This document shows, in pieces, positions 45,696 to 56,111 of a DNA stretch of 64,000 nucleotides. The stretch is taken from assembly GCF_988242995.1 (NCBI RefSeq), contig NZ_OZ547043.1, one strand, 5' to 3'. The notes under the pieces are model-generated. The model saw nothing but the letters and a program-made list of their open reading frames with translations, made no database searches and was not told where the DNA came from. The translations under genes were made by a program, and so were the position numbers. Position 1 is the first letter of the stretch; each line of letters opens with the position of its first letter.

Positions 45696-46547
45696 ATGCC
45701 ATTAGTTAATGGACGGATACTGCTCGACCGCATTCAGGAAAAACGGGTATTAGCGGGCGCGTTTAATACCACCAATCTGGAGACGACGATTTCAATTTTA
45801 AACGCCATTGAGCGTTCAGGATTACCCAACTTCATTCAGATTGCGCCCACCAATGCACAACTCTCGGGATACGATTACATTTATGAAATCGTGAAACGTC
45901 ACGCCGATAAAATGGATGTTCCGGTCAGTCTTCATCTGGATCACGGGAAAACTCAGGAGGATGTTAAACAGGCGGTGCGCGCGGGCTTTACCTCGGTCAT
46001 GATTGACGGTGCCGCATTATCTTTTGAAGAGAATATCGCTTTCACCCAGGAAGCTGTCGATTTCTGTAAATCCTATGGCGTACCGGTTGAAGCGGAGCTG
46101 GGGGCGATTCTCGGCAAAGAAGATGATCACGTCAGCGAAGCCGATTGCAAAACGGAACCGGAAAAGGTGAAGACCTTTGTCGAGCGCACCGGTTGCGACA
46201 TGCTGGCAGTTTCTATTGGCAACGTTCATGGCCTGGACGATATACCGCGTATCGATATCCCCCTGCTGAAGCGCATTGCCGAAGTCTGCCCGGTGCCGCT
46301 GGTTATTCACGGCGGCTCCGGTATCGCCCCGGAAATATTACGCAGCTTTGTTAATTATCGCGTCGCTAAAGTAAATATCGCCAGCGATCTGCGCAAAGCG
46401 TTTATCACCGCCGTCGGCAAAGCGTATGTGAATAATCACAACGAGGCGAATCTGGCACGAGTGATGGCATCAGCAAAAAACGCCGTCGAGGAAGATGTGT
46501 ATAGCAAAATCCTGATGATGAATGAGGGGCATCGGTTGGTTAAGTAA
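45696..46547 (+). CDS. class II ketose-bisphosphate aldolase (GatY/KbaY/FbaA family)
   Basis: 283 aa; metal-binding His motifs (HLDHG, VIHGGSG) typical of class II tagatose/fructose-bisphosphate aldolases. Confidence 0.8.
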   Translation: MPLVNGRILLDRIQEKRVLAGAFNTTNLETTISILNAIERSGLPNFIQIAPTNAQLSGYDYIYEIVKRHADKMDVPVSLHLDHGKTQEDVKQAVRAGFTSVMIDGAALSFEENIAFTQEAVDFCKSYGVPVEAELGAILGKEDDHVSEADCKTEPEKVKTFVERTGCDMLAVSIGNVHGLDDIPRIDIPLLKRIAEVCPVPLVIHGGSGIAPEILRSFVNYRVAKVNIASDLRKAFITAVGKAYVNNHNEANLARVMASAKNAVEEDVYSKILMMNEGHRLVK

Positions 46548-46640
46548 ATCTTCGCCGGATGCGGCGTAAAACAACTACAATTCAATAAATTGTACCGATG
46601 CGTAGACCCTATAAGCTTACGCATCGGGCAACTGTATTTA
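46548..46640. repeat. REP-like palindromic elements at island/core junction
   Basis: gccggatgcggcgtaaa and cgatgcgtagaccctataagcttacgcatcgg palindromes between the aldolase gene and yhhJ. Confidence 0.7.
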
Positions 46641-47765
46641 CGCCATTGTCCCAATCGTCTTCCTGAATCGCAGCAGTGCGATGGTGAAAAACGCGCCGCC
46701 AATTGCCATCAGCGTCAGGAACTGCGGCCAGACGATTTCGAATCCGGCACCACGGTAGAGAATGGCTTGCGCGAGGCTGACAAAGTGTGTCGTCGGCATG
46801 GTCAGCATAATGTCCTGCACCGTCTGCGGCATACTTTCGCGCGGCGTGGATCCACCGGAAAGCATTTGCAGCGGCAGCAGCACCAGAATCACCAGCAGCC
46901 CCAGTTGCGGCATTGAACGCGCTATCGTCCCCATAAAAATGCCAATTGACGTGGTGGCAAACAGACTGAGCGCCACGCCCAGCATAAATAGCGGGATCGA
47001 GCCTTCAATCGGTACGCCCAGCACGCCTTTCACCATCAGTACCAGCGATAATCCCGACACCACCAGCACCACCAACCCCATCGACCAGACCTTCGCCATC
47101 ATGATCTCAAACGGCGTTATCGGCATCACCAGTAAGTGTTCCACCGTGCCGTGTTCGCGCTCGCGGATCAGCGCCGATCCGGTCAGCACAATCGCCAGCA
47201 TGGTAATGTTGTTGATGATCGCCATCACCCCGCCAAACCACGCGGGATCGAGGTTCGGGTTAAAGCGCATCCGGGTTTCCAGCGATACCAACGGTTCGCT
47301 ATTATCACGGTAGCGCGCGACAAAGCTGTTCACTTCACCGTTGATAATATTCTGGATATAACCGTTGCCAGTGAATGCCTGGCTCATGCGCGTGGCATCG
47401 ACGTTCACCTGAATATCCGGCTGGCGTCCGGCGAGGACATCACGCTGAAAATTAGGCGGAATATTTATCGCGAAGGTATAGCGTCCGGCGTCCAGTCCGG
47501 CATCCATCTCATCGGCGGTGATCATCTCCGGTGGCAAAAACCACGGGCGATAGAAGCTGTTAACGATCCGGTTCGACAACTGCGATTGATCCATATCGGC
47601 TATGGCGATCGGCGCGAGGTTCAACGATCCTGGCGTGACGGTCGCTGACGAATACACCGATACCGTAAACGAGAAAACAATCAACGTCAGCATCGCTTTA
47701 TCACCGAGCAGACTGCGCAACTCTTTGATACCCAGATTAAAAATATTGCGTAAATGGCGCATCAT
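46638..47765 (-). CDS. yhhJ: ABC-2 type transporter permease
   Basis: Start refined to [12 protein letters not shown] (4-bp overlap with rbbA); about 375 aa membrane protein. Confidence 0.9.
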   Translation of the reverse strand: MMRHLRNIFNLGIKELRSLLGDKAMLTLIVFSFTVSVYSSATVTPGSLNLAPIAIADMDQSQLSNRIVNSFYRPWFLPPEMITADEMDAGLDAGRYTFAINIPPNFQRDVLAGRQPDIQVNVDATRMSQAFTGNGYIQNIINGEVNSFVARYRDNSEPLVSLETRMRFNPNLDPAWFGGVMAIINNITMLAIVLTGSALIREREHGTVEHLLVMPITPFEIMMAKVWSMGLVVLVVSGLSLVLMVKGVLGVPIEGSIPLFMLGVALSLFATTSIGIFMGTIARSMPQLGLLVILVLLPLQMLSGGSTPRESMPQTVQDIMLTMPTTHFVSLAQAILYRGAGFEIVWPQFLTLMAIGGAFFTIALLRFRKTIGTMA

Positions 47766-50497
47766 CCCTCCTGTTTTTTCAGCAGCAGGATGCTTAAGCC
47801 CATCACCAGCGGGATGGCTATCAGCAGCGGGATAAAAAGTTGCCACAAATCAGTCAGATCCAGCGCTTTCGAGAACGTCCCGCGGGCGATAGTCAGAAAA
47901 TGACTGGTCGGGTAAACCTCGCCGATCCAGCGTCCTGGACCTTCCAGCGAAGCTACCGGATCGATCATCCCGGAAAACTGTGTCGCCGGGATCAACGTGA
48001 TAATCGCCGTACCGAAAATGGCGGCAATCTGGCTTTTCATAAAGGTGGAGATCAGCAGCCCCATTCCGGTGGCAATGATGATATACAGCAGCGCCGCCAG
48101 GGTGAGCGTCAGGAAACTACCTTTATGCGGTACGCCAAACACAAACACCGACAGGCCGCAGAGCAGGAAAAAGTTCAGCATCCCCAGCGCGATGTACGGC
48201 AGCTGTTTGCCAAGCAAAAATTCGCTACGGGTGGTGGGTGTCACGTAAAGGTTGATAATCGACCCTAGCTCTTTTTCCCGCACCACGCTAAGAGCGCTTA
48301 GCATTGACGGGATCATCATCAGCAGAAGCGGGATCACCGCCGGAACAATCGCTGGCAGGCTTTTTACATCCGGGTTATAGCGATAGCGCGTCTCAATATT
48401 CATCAGCCCGTTTTGGCTGGCGGGCGTGGATTGTCGGCTCGCTACATCCTGTAACCAGCTCTGGTGCATAGCCTGCACGTAGCCTTTTACCGTTTCGGCG
48501 CGGCTCGGCATCGCACCATCGATCCAGACACCGAGTTCCACGGGTGTACCACGCGCGATATCGCGCCCGAAATTGGGAGGGATCTCAATCGCCACCGTGA
48601 TATCGCCCGCACGCATTCGACGATCAAGCTCGTCATAACTGGTGAGCGGCGGCTGTTCGATAAAGTAACGGGAACCGGAGAGATTGAGCGTCCACGCCTG
48701 GCTACTGACGGTCTGGTCGCGGTCAAGCACCGCAAAGCGCAGGTTTTCCACATCCATATTGATGCCGTAACCCATTATCAGCATCAGGATCACCGTTCCC
48801 ATCAGCGCCAGCGTCGAACGTACCGGATCGCGTCGCAGTTCCAGCGCTTCGCGGCGGCTGTAGCTAAACAGACGGCGCAGGCTAAATCCCTGACGCGGCG
48901 CGTGGGTGGTGTCGTGTATCACGGGCGGCGCTTCGGCTTCGTTGCTCTGCCCTGCCGCTTCCTGCAAATAGGCGATAAATGCCTCTTCCAGACTTGCGGC
49001 TCCGCGTTTCTCAACCAGTTCCTGCGGTGTACCGCTGGCAAGCACTTTTCCGGCGTGCATCAGGGAGATGCGGTCGCAACGTTCCGCTTCGTTCATAAAG
49101 TGGGTGGAGATGAAGATAGTCACTTTGTCCTGACGCGAGAGATCGACCATCAACTGCCAGAACATATCCCTCGCCACCGGATCGACACCAGAAGTAGGCT
49201 CATCGAGGATTAACATCTCCGGGCGATGAATCACCGCCACCGCCAGCGAAAGCCGCTGGCGAATGCCGAGCGGTAATGACTCAGGCAATACATCTTCAAC
49301 GTCGTTGAGCTTAAAACGCTCGCTCATTTCAGCCACTCGCGCGGGAATTTCCGCTTCCGGGATATGAAACAAACGGGCATGTAACTCCAGGTTTTGCCGC
49401 ACGGTGAGTTCGTTATAGAGCGAAAACGCCTGCGACATATAGCCCACCCGACGGCGGGTATCGATATCTTTTGGATCAACCGGTTGCCCGAACAGCCACG
49501 CCTCACCTTCGCTGGCAGGCAGCAGTCCGGTAAGCATTTTCATGGTGGTGGATTTACCGCAGCCGTTCGAACCGAGGAATCCAAAAATCTCCCCGCGTGG
49601 AATGCGGAAATTGACGTGATCAACGGCAATGAAGGAACCAAAACGCATGGTCAGATCGCGCGCTTCGATGGCAATCTCTGCGTTTTCCGGTTGATATGGT
49701 GGGATCACTACCGCCTGATGCGCCTGGCGTTGCGCTTGCGGTAACAGATTTATAAACGCCTCTTCCAGCGTCGCACTTTGCGTTTGCTGCCGCAGCTCTT
49801 CGGCGCTGCCGGTTGCCAGCACTTCTCCGGCATTCATCGCTACCAGCCAGTCGAAGCGTTCGGCCTCTTCCATATAGGCGGTGGCGACCAGCACGCTCAT
49901 ATTGCTCTGCCGCTGGCGAATACTGTCGATCAGATCCCAGAACTGGGCACGGGAGAGCGGGTCAACCCCCGTTGTTGGCTCATCAAGAATCAACAGTTCC
50001 GGGTCGTGGATTAACGCACAGCACAGCCCAAGTTTTTGCTTCATCCCGCCGGAGAGTTTACCTGCCGGACGATCGCGAAACGGTGCTAACCCGGTGCTGG
50101 TCAGCAGCTCATTAATTCGCACTTCCCGCTCCGCTTTGTCGTGACCGAACAGGCGGGCGAAAAAATCGACGTTTTCATACACCGACAAGGTGTGGTAGAG
50201 GTTTTTGCCCAGCCCTTGCGGCATCCAGGCGATGCGCGGGCAAACGTCACGGCGATGCTTCGGGTCGCGCATATCGCCGCCCAGCACGATCACATTGCCC
50301 TGCTCAATGACACGAGCACCGGAAATCAATGACAATAAACTCGACTTCCCGACGCCATCCGGACCAATCAGCCCAACCATGCAGCGGGCCGGAATATCGA
50401 GAGTGATATTGTTCAGCGCAACGGTTTTTCCATAATGCTGGCTCACGCCCGCCAGTTGCGCGACAGGCGGGACGGGAACCAGTTCCAGATGCGTCAT
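47762..50497 (-). CDS. rbbA: ribosome-associated ATPase, fused tandem ABC ATPase plus permease domain
   Basis: 911 aa; two Walker A motifs ([18 protein letters not shown]), two LSGG signatures, C-terminal ABC-2 membrane domain. Confidence 0.95.
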   Translation of the reverse strand: MTHLELVPVPPVAQLAGVSQHYGKTVALNNITLDIPARCMVGLIGPDGVGKSSLLSLISGARVIEQGNVIVLGGDMRDPKHRRDVCPRIAWMPQGLGKNLYHTLSVYENVDFFARLFGHDKAEREVRINELLTSTGLAPFRDRPAGKLSGGMKQKLGLCCALIHDPELLILDEPTTGVDPLSRAQFWDLIDSIRQRQSNMSVLVATAYMEEAERFDWLVAMNAGEVLATGSAEELRQQTQSATLEEAFINLLPQAQRQAHQAVVIPPYQPENAEIAIEARDLTMRFGSFIAVDHVNFRIPRGEIFGFLGSNGCGKSTTMKMLTGLLPASEGEAWLFGQPVDPKDIDTRRRVGYMSQAFSLYNELTVRQNLELHARLFHIPEAEIPARVAEMSERFKLNDVEDVLPESLPLGIRQRLSLAVAVIHRPEMLILDEPTSGVDPVARDMFWQLMVDLSRQDKVTIFISTHFMNEAERCDRISLMHAGKVLASGTPQELVEKRGAASLEEAFIAYLQEAAGQSNEAEAPPVIHDTTHAPRQGFSLRRLFSYSRREALELRRDPVRSTLALMGTVILMLIMGYGINMDVENLRFAVLDRDQTVSSQAWTLNLSGSRYFIEQPPLTSYDELDRRMRAGDITVAIEIPPNFGRDIARGTPVELGVWIDGAMPSRAETVKGYVQAMHQSWLQDVASRQSTPASQNGLMNIETRYRYNPDVKSLPAIVPAVIPLLLMMIPSMLSALSVVREKELGSIINLYVTPTTRSEFLLGKQLPYIALGMLNFFLLCGLSVFVFGVPHKGSFLTLTLAALLYIIIATGMGLLISTFMKSQIAAIFGTAIITLIPATQFSGMIDPVASLEGPGRWIGEVYPTSHFLTIARGTFSKALDLTDLWQLFIPLLIAIPLVMGLSILLLKKQEG

Positions 50498-51561
50498 TGC
50501 GGCAACCTCACCACCAGGTCGTCAGGCCACGGAAGTTCTTCATTCACCCGCACCCACGCTACGCCCGGCAAACCGGTTTTGACATATTCCAGATGCTGCT
50601 GGAGTAATTCCGGTGGGATACGCGCTTTGACGCGGAACATCAGTTTCAGCCGCTCATCGCTGGTTTCGACGGTTTTTGGCGTGAACTGGGCGACGCTGGC
50701 GACAAAACTGATGGTTGCAGGAATACGCAGATCTGGCGCGGCATCGAGGATCAGCCGGGCTTCACCGCCCAGTTTCAGCGTGCCCGCCTGTTCGGTTGGC
50801 AGGAAGAAGGTCATATAGACGTCGCTCAGATCGACCATATTCAGCACCCGACCGCCTGCCGCCAGCACTTCCCCTGGCTCGGCAACCCGATACTGCACGC
50901 GTCCGTCACGCGGGGCTTTCAGTTCGCTGTCATCGATATCTGCGGCAATGCGCCGTTCAGTGGCTTGTGCGGCTTCGACGCGTGTTTGCGCCTGAATGAT
51001 ATTGGTGCGTGCCGCTTCTATAGCGGCTTTAGAAGCCGAAACCTGGGCTTTTGCTGATTCCAGCGCAGCTCGGGCGCTCTCAGCGGCGGCGCGATCGTCA
51101 TCCAGCTGTTGCGCAGAAATAGCCCCTCGTTGGGCGAGCGAGCGGGAACGCGTATGACGTTTGGCAACGGAGTCCAGTTCGGCCTGGCGTTGATTGACCA
51201 GCGACTGTGCGGCACGAGTTTCGCTTTGGCGTTGCTCCAGCAAAGCCTGCGCGGCGGCAACGGCGCTTTGTGCTTCTTTGATTTGCGCGATGGCTTCCAG
51301 TCGCTGTTCCTGCAACACGCGAGTATCCATCTTCGCCAGCACTTCACCTTCGCGAACAAACTGGCCTTCTTTCACCAGAATGGTGTCGATACGCCCGGCA
51401 ATTTTGCTGGCGATATCCACTTCCGTCGCTTCAATGCGCCCATTGCTGACGGCAAAGCCTTCCGGCACACCCGCTGGGCGCAACAGCCACCACGCCACGA
51501 TAGCGGCCACCGCCAGTAACCCGACAACCCACCACGCCAGATGGCGCTTACTCTTATCCAT
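50494..51561 (-). CDS. yhiI: HlyD-family membrane fusion protein
   Basis: 355 aa; N-terminal TM anchor then long coiled-coil; 4-bp overlap with rbbA. Confidence 0.92.
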   Translation of the reverse strand: MDKSKRHLAWWVVGLLAVAAIVAWWLLRPAGVPEGFAVSNGRIEATEVDIASKIAGRIDTILVKEGQFVREGEVLAKMDTRVLQEQRLEAIAQIKEAQSAVAAAQALLEQRQSETRAAQSLVNQRQAELDSVAKRHTRSRSLAQRGAISAQQLDDDRAAAESARAALESAKAQVSASKAAIEAARTNIIQAQTRVEAAQATERRIAADIDDSELKAPRDGRVQYRVAEPGEVLAAGGRVLNMVDLSDVYMTFFLPTEQAGTLKLGGEARLILDAAPDLRIPATISFVASVAQFTPKTVETSDERLKLMFRVKARIPPELLQQHLEYVKTGLPGVAWVRVNEELPWPDDLVVRLPQ

Positions 51562-52029
51562 AATCGACCCGCCATAATCCCTGTAAGCAAACGACGCGTG
51601 TTACAACTGCCGCCGAACGACGTTCAGCGGATTCTTCCATCCGGGATAAGAAGGAAACGGCAAATACGACCAGCGCGCAGAGCATTGAGCGCCAACGTGG
51701 AAGGCTTAGTGAAAACGGGTAGTAATGTTGTCATCATCAGCATTCCTGGCCGTAAATGAAACACGCATACTCATAAGTGTGATCTATAAAACTGGCTGAC
51801 AAAACGGTATCCATCCTGTTGGATAGCGTTTCACGCCTGTTCAGTTGCAGGAACAGAGCATTCCTTATTACGTTTTATCAACAGTCTCAACCAGATAGTA
51901 ACATTAATATTCATGTTGTCTATGGTTCAGAGCTGTAACATTGTGCGCCTTCTAATCAAAGGCATAAGTCCATTTTTGTTTTTTTCATGCTGGTAAGACT
52001 TCCAGGGAGTGGTTATCTCAGGCCCTGCA

Positions 52030-52745
52030 CCAGGGTTAATTTGGCAATAAATATCCTCCGGCATAGCCGGAGGTTTTTCAAATGCGCCTATAAGGCTCTC
52101 TTACCAGCCGCGCCCTAACAGGCGCACACGATCTGACATTTGCATCCAACTTCGTTACTTACGGCCCGTAAACGGGCTGCCCGGATAGGGAATCGATAAC
52201 TGCTCTCCCATTTTATCCTCTTCAAGCTGGTGCTTTATGTAATCCTGTATCTTCGCCGTGTTCTTACCCACTGTATCGACGTAGTACCCTCTGCACCAGA
52301 ACTCCCTGTTCCTGTATTTGAATTTCAAATCACCAAACTGCTCGTAAAGCATCAGACTGCTTTTCCCTTTCAGATATCCCATAAAGCCGGATACGCTCAT
52401 TTTGGGCGGGATCTCCACAAGCATATGGATATAATCTGCACAGCATTCAGCTTCCAGAATCCGTACGCTTTTCCACTCACACAGCTTTCTCAAAATACTG
52501 CCTATTGCTCTACGCTTCTCTCTGTAGAACACCTGTCTTCGGTATTTTGGCGCAAAAACTATGTGATATTTACAGTTCCATCGGGTGTGCGCTAAGCTCT
52601 TTTCGTTCCCCATTGGGACCCCCTTTTGATTTCTTGTTTGACACTTGCAGTTGCCAGACCGCAAAGTGTTTTAACAAATCAAAAGGGGTTTTAATAACTG
52701 GCTCAAAGCTGAAAGCTTTCCGGAACCCCCAGCCTAGCTGGGGGT
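52030..52745 (-). mobile_element. IS200-like insertion sequence (IS200/IS605 family, tnpA only); boundaries approximate
   Basis: About 0.7 kb element containing a Y1/HUH transposase gene, with a perfect GC-rich hairpin (aacccccagc cta gctgggggtt) at the tnpA-upstream end as in IS200 left ends; absent from the K-12 arrangement. Confidence 0.7.
52155..52613 (-). CDS. tnpA: IS200/IS605-family Y1 (HUH) transposase TnpA
   Basis: 152 aa from MGNEKSLAHTRWNCKYHIVFAPKYRR; HUH-type motif (YIHMLV) and catalytic Tyr region; start refined from ORF 52155-52664. Confidence 0.85.
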   Translation of the reverse strand: MGNEKSLAHTRWNCKYHIVFAPKYRRQVFYREKRRAIGSILRKLCEWKSVRILEAECCADYIHMLVEIPPKMSVSGFMGYLKGKSSLMLYEQFGDLKFKYRNREFWCRGYYVDTVGKNTAKIQDYIKHQLEEDKMGEQLSIPYPGSPFTGRK

Positions 52746-54260
52746 TTTCTGTGCACAATTATGCATGCTGAACATTCTTCCAGCATGTTTACTGTCACGG
52801 GCGTTAAGACCTAAAACTGTCCCCGTTTCACCTATGCGTTCTCTTCCACCATTACCGTTATGTGCAACAACTTGATTTATACCTAACATTTGTGAGCATG
52901 CTAATAGTTCTTCAAGTTTCGGTCTGTAATCTGTCGAAACAGAAAAATAACGATTAAAGGATCGACAAGAGATAGCCCGGCTAGTTTTAAACTTTTTACC
53001 ATTAATGATGGCATGATGCTTCTTATTAATAATTGCCGCTAATTCGACCGGATCGAGAGCATTGGTCATTTCATCAATAGAGACTGTTATCGGTCCTATA
53101 ATGTAACGTTTTCGCTGATCATCAAAAGTTATCCCATGATGATTTGCCATTATTTTGTATTTGGGGTCATAGAAACATACAGGATAATCTTTTATCCCAG
53201 CGTAGGTATCCTCATCAAGTGGTTTCATACGCGTGAAGTTCTGCATATAGTTACCATTGCAATTCGTTTCATGATTACCAGCTAATACATGAACATTTTT
53301 ATTAATACTCATTATGCGTTTTAACAAATCGATGATAAATTGATCGCCACAGATATTACTAAATCGATCGCCGGTTTGGTCACCCAGAAACGTACATGGC
53401 GTCACTGCGCCCTGATTAATAACTAAATATGGCTGAAGACTTTCTAAAACCACATCTCTTCTGTTCAGAATACTGATTATTGTATTAACATTAATGTCTA
53501 GTTCCTCATTAATTTTTTCCCTTAATAAAACGTTGAGAACTTCATCTTCTATATTAAGCAACTGGCTAAGAAAATTTACTTCTTCAGCCATAATTCCCAA
53601 ATGTCCCGTTGCGAAAAGCGCGTACAAAACTGCACCGACTGAGCCATCGGTATCACCAAAATAGGTTGGTCTGGTACTTGTGGGATCAACGGGTGAACAA
53701 TTGGAGAAATAGATTCTGTCAGCGAACTGGGGTTTTATAATTGTTTCGAATTTAATATCAGATACATTGTATTGCGATATTTTCCAGTTCCAGATGGGTT
53801 TGTACGACTCAGTAACTGCAACATCATTAGCATTATCATTTACTGTCATATTATTAAGTAAATAAACAATGCTGCACCAATTAATATCGGTATCATCAAG
53901 AGGGCAACCGTAATTTTTACTATTAATTGTCACAATAAACTGATAACTATTATTCCTACGTAGAATATGGGCACGCATGCCCGATAGCATACTATATTTT
54001 TCTGAATGATTCGTTTCTATGGTAAATGAAATTTTGTCATCTTGAAAAGATTGTTGGAAACGTTCTATTTGCCAATCATCAATTTTTTCCACAACTTCAC
54101 CGAGCATTGTCCTGGCAATACTTGATATATCATCACCTATACCATTTGCAATATACCCAAACAGTTCTTTAGTGAAGTTAGTAACATGCTCTTGCACCAT
54201 ATCATTTGTTGCGATAGTCGTTATACTGTCGTTAGTACCTGCCACAGTTCCAATTTTCAT
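52734..54260 (-). CDS. yhiJ: DUF4049-type protein with C-terminal PPP-like metallophosphoesterase motifs; 3' end abuts or is altered by the IS200 end
   Basis: 508 aa; motifs GDTDG, GDQTGDRF, LAGNHE in PPP order; SD GAGGT upstream; paralog of the next gene; AT-rich. Confidence 0.8.
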   Translation of the reverse strand: MKIGTVAGTNDSITTIATNDMVQEHVTNFTKELFGYIANGIGDDISSIARTMLGEVVEKIDDWQIERFQQSFQDDKISFTIETNHSEKYSMLSGMRAHILRRNNSYQFIVTINSKNYGCPLDDTDINWCSIVYLLNNMTVNDNANDVAVTESYKPIWNWKISQYNVSDIKFETIIKPQFADRIYFSNCSPVDPTSTRPTYFGDTDGSVGAVLYALFATGHLGIMAEEVNFLSQLLNIEDEVLNVLLREKINEELDINVNTIISILNRRDVVLESLQPYLVINQGAVTPCTFLGDQTGDRFSNICGDQFIIDLLKRIMSINKNVHVLAGNHETNCNGNYMQNFTRMKPLDEDTYAGIKDYPVCFYDPKYKIMANHHGITFDDQRKRYIIGPITVSIDEMTNALDPVELAAIINKKHHAIINGKKFKTSRAISCRSFNRYFSVSTDYRPKLEELLACSQMLGINQVVAHNGNGGRERIGETGTVLGLNARDSKHAGRMFSMHNCAQKTPS

Positions 54261-54521
54261 CTTTTACCTCATATAATTCACCGCGAGGAATACATAGTTA
54301 TCATTTAATCTTATGACAAACACCTCATGTTCGATGGAAAAATAATTATATTTTGCACAAATCATTCAGCCTTAAAGCATAATATGAAATTTCTTATCTC
54401 ATAGTAGAGAAAGTCCCTAAAGATTGTAGAGGCGTCATCAGAACATGCCTCTACAATCGATTAAGAAAAACTATGAAATACTGGCAGGATTAAAAAGATA
54501 TACCACCGTATTCATGGAGTT

Positions 54522-56111
54522 TTAATGAGATTGAAAACAACTAAGCCCTGGGACACCTTTTTTATCACCACGTTCGTTAGGTGCTATCTTCCAGGAATTT
54601 AGCCCCATGGTATAATTATCAATTTCTTGATGCTGATCTACCCCTAATCCATAATGGCCATATTTCTGTTTACTTTTTTTGAGCGCCTGTCCACATTTGA
54701 AGATATCTTCAGGTTTTGGTCTGAAAGCAGTAGTGTTATTAAAATAATTGTCATATACAGGTGTGGATGCTATAGCATTGCTTCTAATTAGATGGATAAG
54801 ACGATCATCCATGTGTTGCTTATGTTTTTTATTAAATATATTTGCTAATTCCTCAGGATCAATTGGGTCTTTCATCTGATTAAATGGAACCTGCAAAGCA
54901 CCTAGACAATAACATTCATTTTCTTCATTTCTTATTATTCCGTGATGACTGGTTAAAACTTTCGTTTCTGAGTCATAATTACAAACATCGAGCGTTTTAA
55001 TTAAGTTATATCTATCACCGGAAGAGAGTTTATGATTTGCTAGTCGTGCACTATAGTTACCATTAAAATTGATTTCATGATTTCCAGCCAGAACGACGAC
55101 ATTTTTATTTATACGACTATCTTTATTACCCTCCATATTTCGCATAGAATTTAGCAAAGTAAGGATATATTTATCACCAAAAATAGTACTAAATCTATCG
55201 CCTGTATGATCCCCAAGGAAGATACAAGGGGTAATCGCATCGCCTTTTAAAAAAACATGTTGATGCAACTCATTCAAGATCATGTCTCTCGTATCTAATA
55301 AAGTGAAAAGTTTTTTCAATTTTTTATTTTCATATGCGAATGAAGCCATGTCTTCGTGTTTTAATAATTGACATAATAAACTCCACCCCTCTCCCCTGAT
55401 GCCTATATGCCCTGAAACGAGCAATGCATAAAGTACAGCGCCCACTCTTCCATCTGTATCGCCAAAATAAGCCGTGTTGGGATTTTTTGGGTTAATCACA
55501 CCACACTGTTTATAAAAGTCTATTTTTGAAAAAACAGATTCAACATAGCTATCAAACTTTTCCTTAGTAAACGTCTCTTTAGAGACAGCCCAACGCCAGT
55601 CAGCTTTAAAATTACCGCTAAGAAGAGTAAAAAAATTTTCAGGTATGATAGAAAACCCATCAACTTTATAAATTATGTCTGATTTATCCCCGGAGAAATT
55701 AATAAAATAATAACCGTCCTTACGCTCAATCGTAACGGTAATGGGAGACGATAATTTTATCACATGGTTATTGTCTGGTATAATTGTAAAGATAAACGTG
55801 TCAGTAGTATTATCGGCGAAACTATTATATTCTTTAATATCTATAGATGGCTCACTATTGTAAAACCACAGTTTTTCTATCTGAGGACTATGTTCAGTTA
55901 CGTTCCAGCAGCCATGTTGCAGGAAATAGATGATATGCAGGCCAAAATCGTTATCTATTTGCGAATGTTTATCCAGCTTATCAATTTCAACTATCTTTGA
56001 ACGATGTTTTTTATCAACATTGCCATGGTGTTGATGACTGTTAACTTTATCTGAATGCTTATCTTGATGGTTTGAAGAGAAGTGCTTAAATATATTGTGA
56101 AATACTTTCAT
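54522..56111 (-). CDS. yhiL: DUF4049-type paralog with PPP-like metallophosphoesterase motifs (intact here)
   Basis: Motifs GDTDG, GDHTGDRF, LAGNHE; His-rich N-terminal segment; start uncertain (56111 chosen, longest ORF reaches 56195). Confidence 0.7.
   Translation of the reverse strand: MKVFHNIFKHFSSNHQDKHSDKVNSHQHHGNVDKKHRSKIVEIDKLDKHSQIDNDFGLHIIYFLQHGCWNVTEHSPQIEKLWFYNSEPSIDIKEYNSFADNTTDTFIFTIIPDNNHVIKLSSPITVTIERKDGYYFINFSGDKSDIIYKVDGFSIIPENFFTLLSGNFKADWRWAVSKETFTKEKFDSYVESVFSKIDFYKQCGVINPKNPNTAYFGDTDGRVGAVLYALLVSGHIGIRGEGWSLLCQLLKHEDMASFAYENKKLKKLFTLLDTRDMILNELHQHVFLKGDAITPCIFLGDHTGDRFSTIFGDKYILTLLNSMRNMEGNKDSRINKNVVVLAGNHEINFNGNYSARLANHKLSSGDRYNLIKTLDVCNYDSETKVLTSHHGIIRNEENECYCLGALQVPFNQMKDPIDPEELANIFNKKHKQHMDDRLIHLIRSNAIASTPVYDNYFNNTTAFRPKPEDIFKCGQALKKSKQKYGHYGLGVDQHQEIDNYTMGLNSWKIAPNERGDKKGVPGLSCFQSH

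Noticed and set aside
40939-46547. Possibility that the nikR-yhhJ interval holds degraded Rhs (rhsB/yhhH/yhhI) remnants
   Set aside because: All six ORFs are intact with good SDs and clear PTS or catabolic motifs; no YD-repeat or Rhs core sequence seen.
52230-52595. 121-aa plus-strand ORF inside the IS200-like element, considered as a possible tnpB
   Set aside because: It is antisense to tnpA, far too short for TnpB (about 400 aa) and lacks RuvC-like motifs; IS200 proper carries tnpA only.
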